From Macrostomum lignano (taxonomy: Eukaryota), in contig NIVC01000037.1 in assembly GCA_002269645.1 (NCBI GenBank), forward strand, positions 620,001 through 684,000: a stretch of 64,000 nucleotides of DNA, written 5' to 3'. Position 1 is the first letter of the stretch. Each line of letters starts with the position of its first letter. The position numbers were made by a program, and so were the translations under genes. The notes below the pieces were generated by a model. That model was not told the DNA's origin. It searched no databases and worked only from the letters and a program-made list of their open reading frames with translations. Below are positions 63,011-64,000 of this stretch, in pieces.

Positions 63011-64000
63011 CTAGAGGAGCAACTTGCCGCTTCTGCCGCTCTTCGACTTGCCGCTTCCGCCGGAGCCGAAATACTTCAGCAGCTTGATGCTGCGCCTCTT
63101 CCTACCCGTAGTCAATGACGCTGGCGGCGGTGACGAGGTTGCTATGGACGCGGTTGGGGTGGTAGACGTGACCGTGGACGGAGTTGACGCTGACGCTGCC
63201 TCTACGGACGCAGTTGCCATGGACGCACTGCTAGATGGTAACTCCGTTAGCTGTTGTTCTGCCGGTCCAACTGTCTGTTGTTCGATGGACACCGAAGTCG
63301 CTTCCTCGTCCGCTACAGCCTCCGCCGTGTGCGCCATCGGTAGATTCTCGTCCGATCCGCCCCTGGAGGTTAGGCAACAGAGTGCACCTAAACTGCACCA
63401 CGCTGAACGGCGTTCTCTAAAAATCTAGACTGGACTCACTCTGTAGGTACGTTGAAAACTACATCAGCACTGGCTGTTAGTGGAGACTGCTGCTGCTGTT
63501 GCGGCTGTTCATTCGCCTCCTGCTCACTCGACTGGAAAGTTGGCTGGCTGAGACGCCTCAGTTCCGTATTCTCAGCCTCTTGCAATGCCTGCTTGGAGTC
63601 CGCTTAGAATGCCAAACGAGTTTAGAGAGACGGCTAAGAACTTTAAGCCAACAAAAAGGATTAAAGTGCCTTAATAAATTAAACTAACCTAAGATTCTTC
63701 CCAAGCTGATAGAAGGAACACTGTTGCCTAAAAAGGTGCAGTTAATGCAAGTATTCATTGAATTATTGATAATACTATGAGACAGTTGAGTATAATAGAA
63801 ACTCACGCTTTGCAGGCACGACTTTCAGTTGGTTAACCAAGTCTTCCATCGCTTTTTCATCAAGCGAAGGGGAAGGTACAGACGATGTTGCTGCTGCTGC
63901 TGCTGGCGCAGCAACGGCCTCCGGGATAGCAGAAGCTGTCGCAGAGGTCCCGCTGGTTGTTGACAGCGAAGCTGCTGAACCCGGGGTCCTGACTAGAGAG
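63011..64000 (-). CDS. 3' exons of an unidentified Ser/Thr/Ala-rich protein, 5' part beyond the window
   Basis: Phase-consistent exons >64000-63807 (donor C|GTGAGT), 63602-63440 (GA|GTGAGT) and 63362-63011 (stop); encode ...SLDEKAMEDLVNQLKVVPAK, PDSKQALQEAENTELRRLS..., and a terminus with RKRRSIKLLKYFG...GKLLL*. Confidence 0.65.

Overview
Eukaryotic (metazoan) genomic DNA with short GT-AG introns, GC-rich exons and many minisatellites. The organism cannot be read from the sequence; a free-living flatworm such as Macrostomum is a guess from overall style only. There are no prokaryotic operons, CRISPR arrays or rRNA. Gene content from left to right, with exons spliced by hand: (1) a C-terminal exon of a BRSK/SAD-type kinase (+, from 1616); (2) a tandem-doublecortin-domain gene with no visible kinase domain (-); (3) a complete 10-exon proline dehydrogenase (PRODH, -) whose introns carry large 25-bp and 49-bp arrays; (4) three intact, head-to-tail, 13-exon GABA-B-receptor-like class C GPCR paralogs (-, 28840-47416); (5) two convergent, divergent ETS-domain genes (a PNT+ETS SPDEF-like gene on +, an ETS gene on -); (6) the low-complexity 3' exons of an unidentified gene cut by the right edge. 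Interspersed are two decayed mariner elements, several MITE/foldback elements, a putative tRNA-derived SINE family and more than 15 micro/minisatellites, which account for most long ORFs in the supplied track. The most notable signal is the GPCR cluster: most ligand-binding Venus-flytrap exons are strongly diverged, whereas the stalk/TM1-3 region, including an intron, is almost nucleotide-identical between copies in a mosaic pattern suggesting gene conversion. All three receptors have short C-tails with no coiled coil, and one copy has a 90-nt in-frame, stop-free intron.
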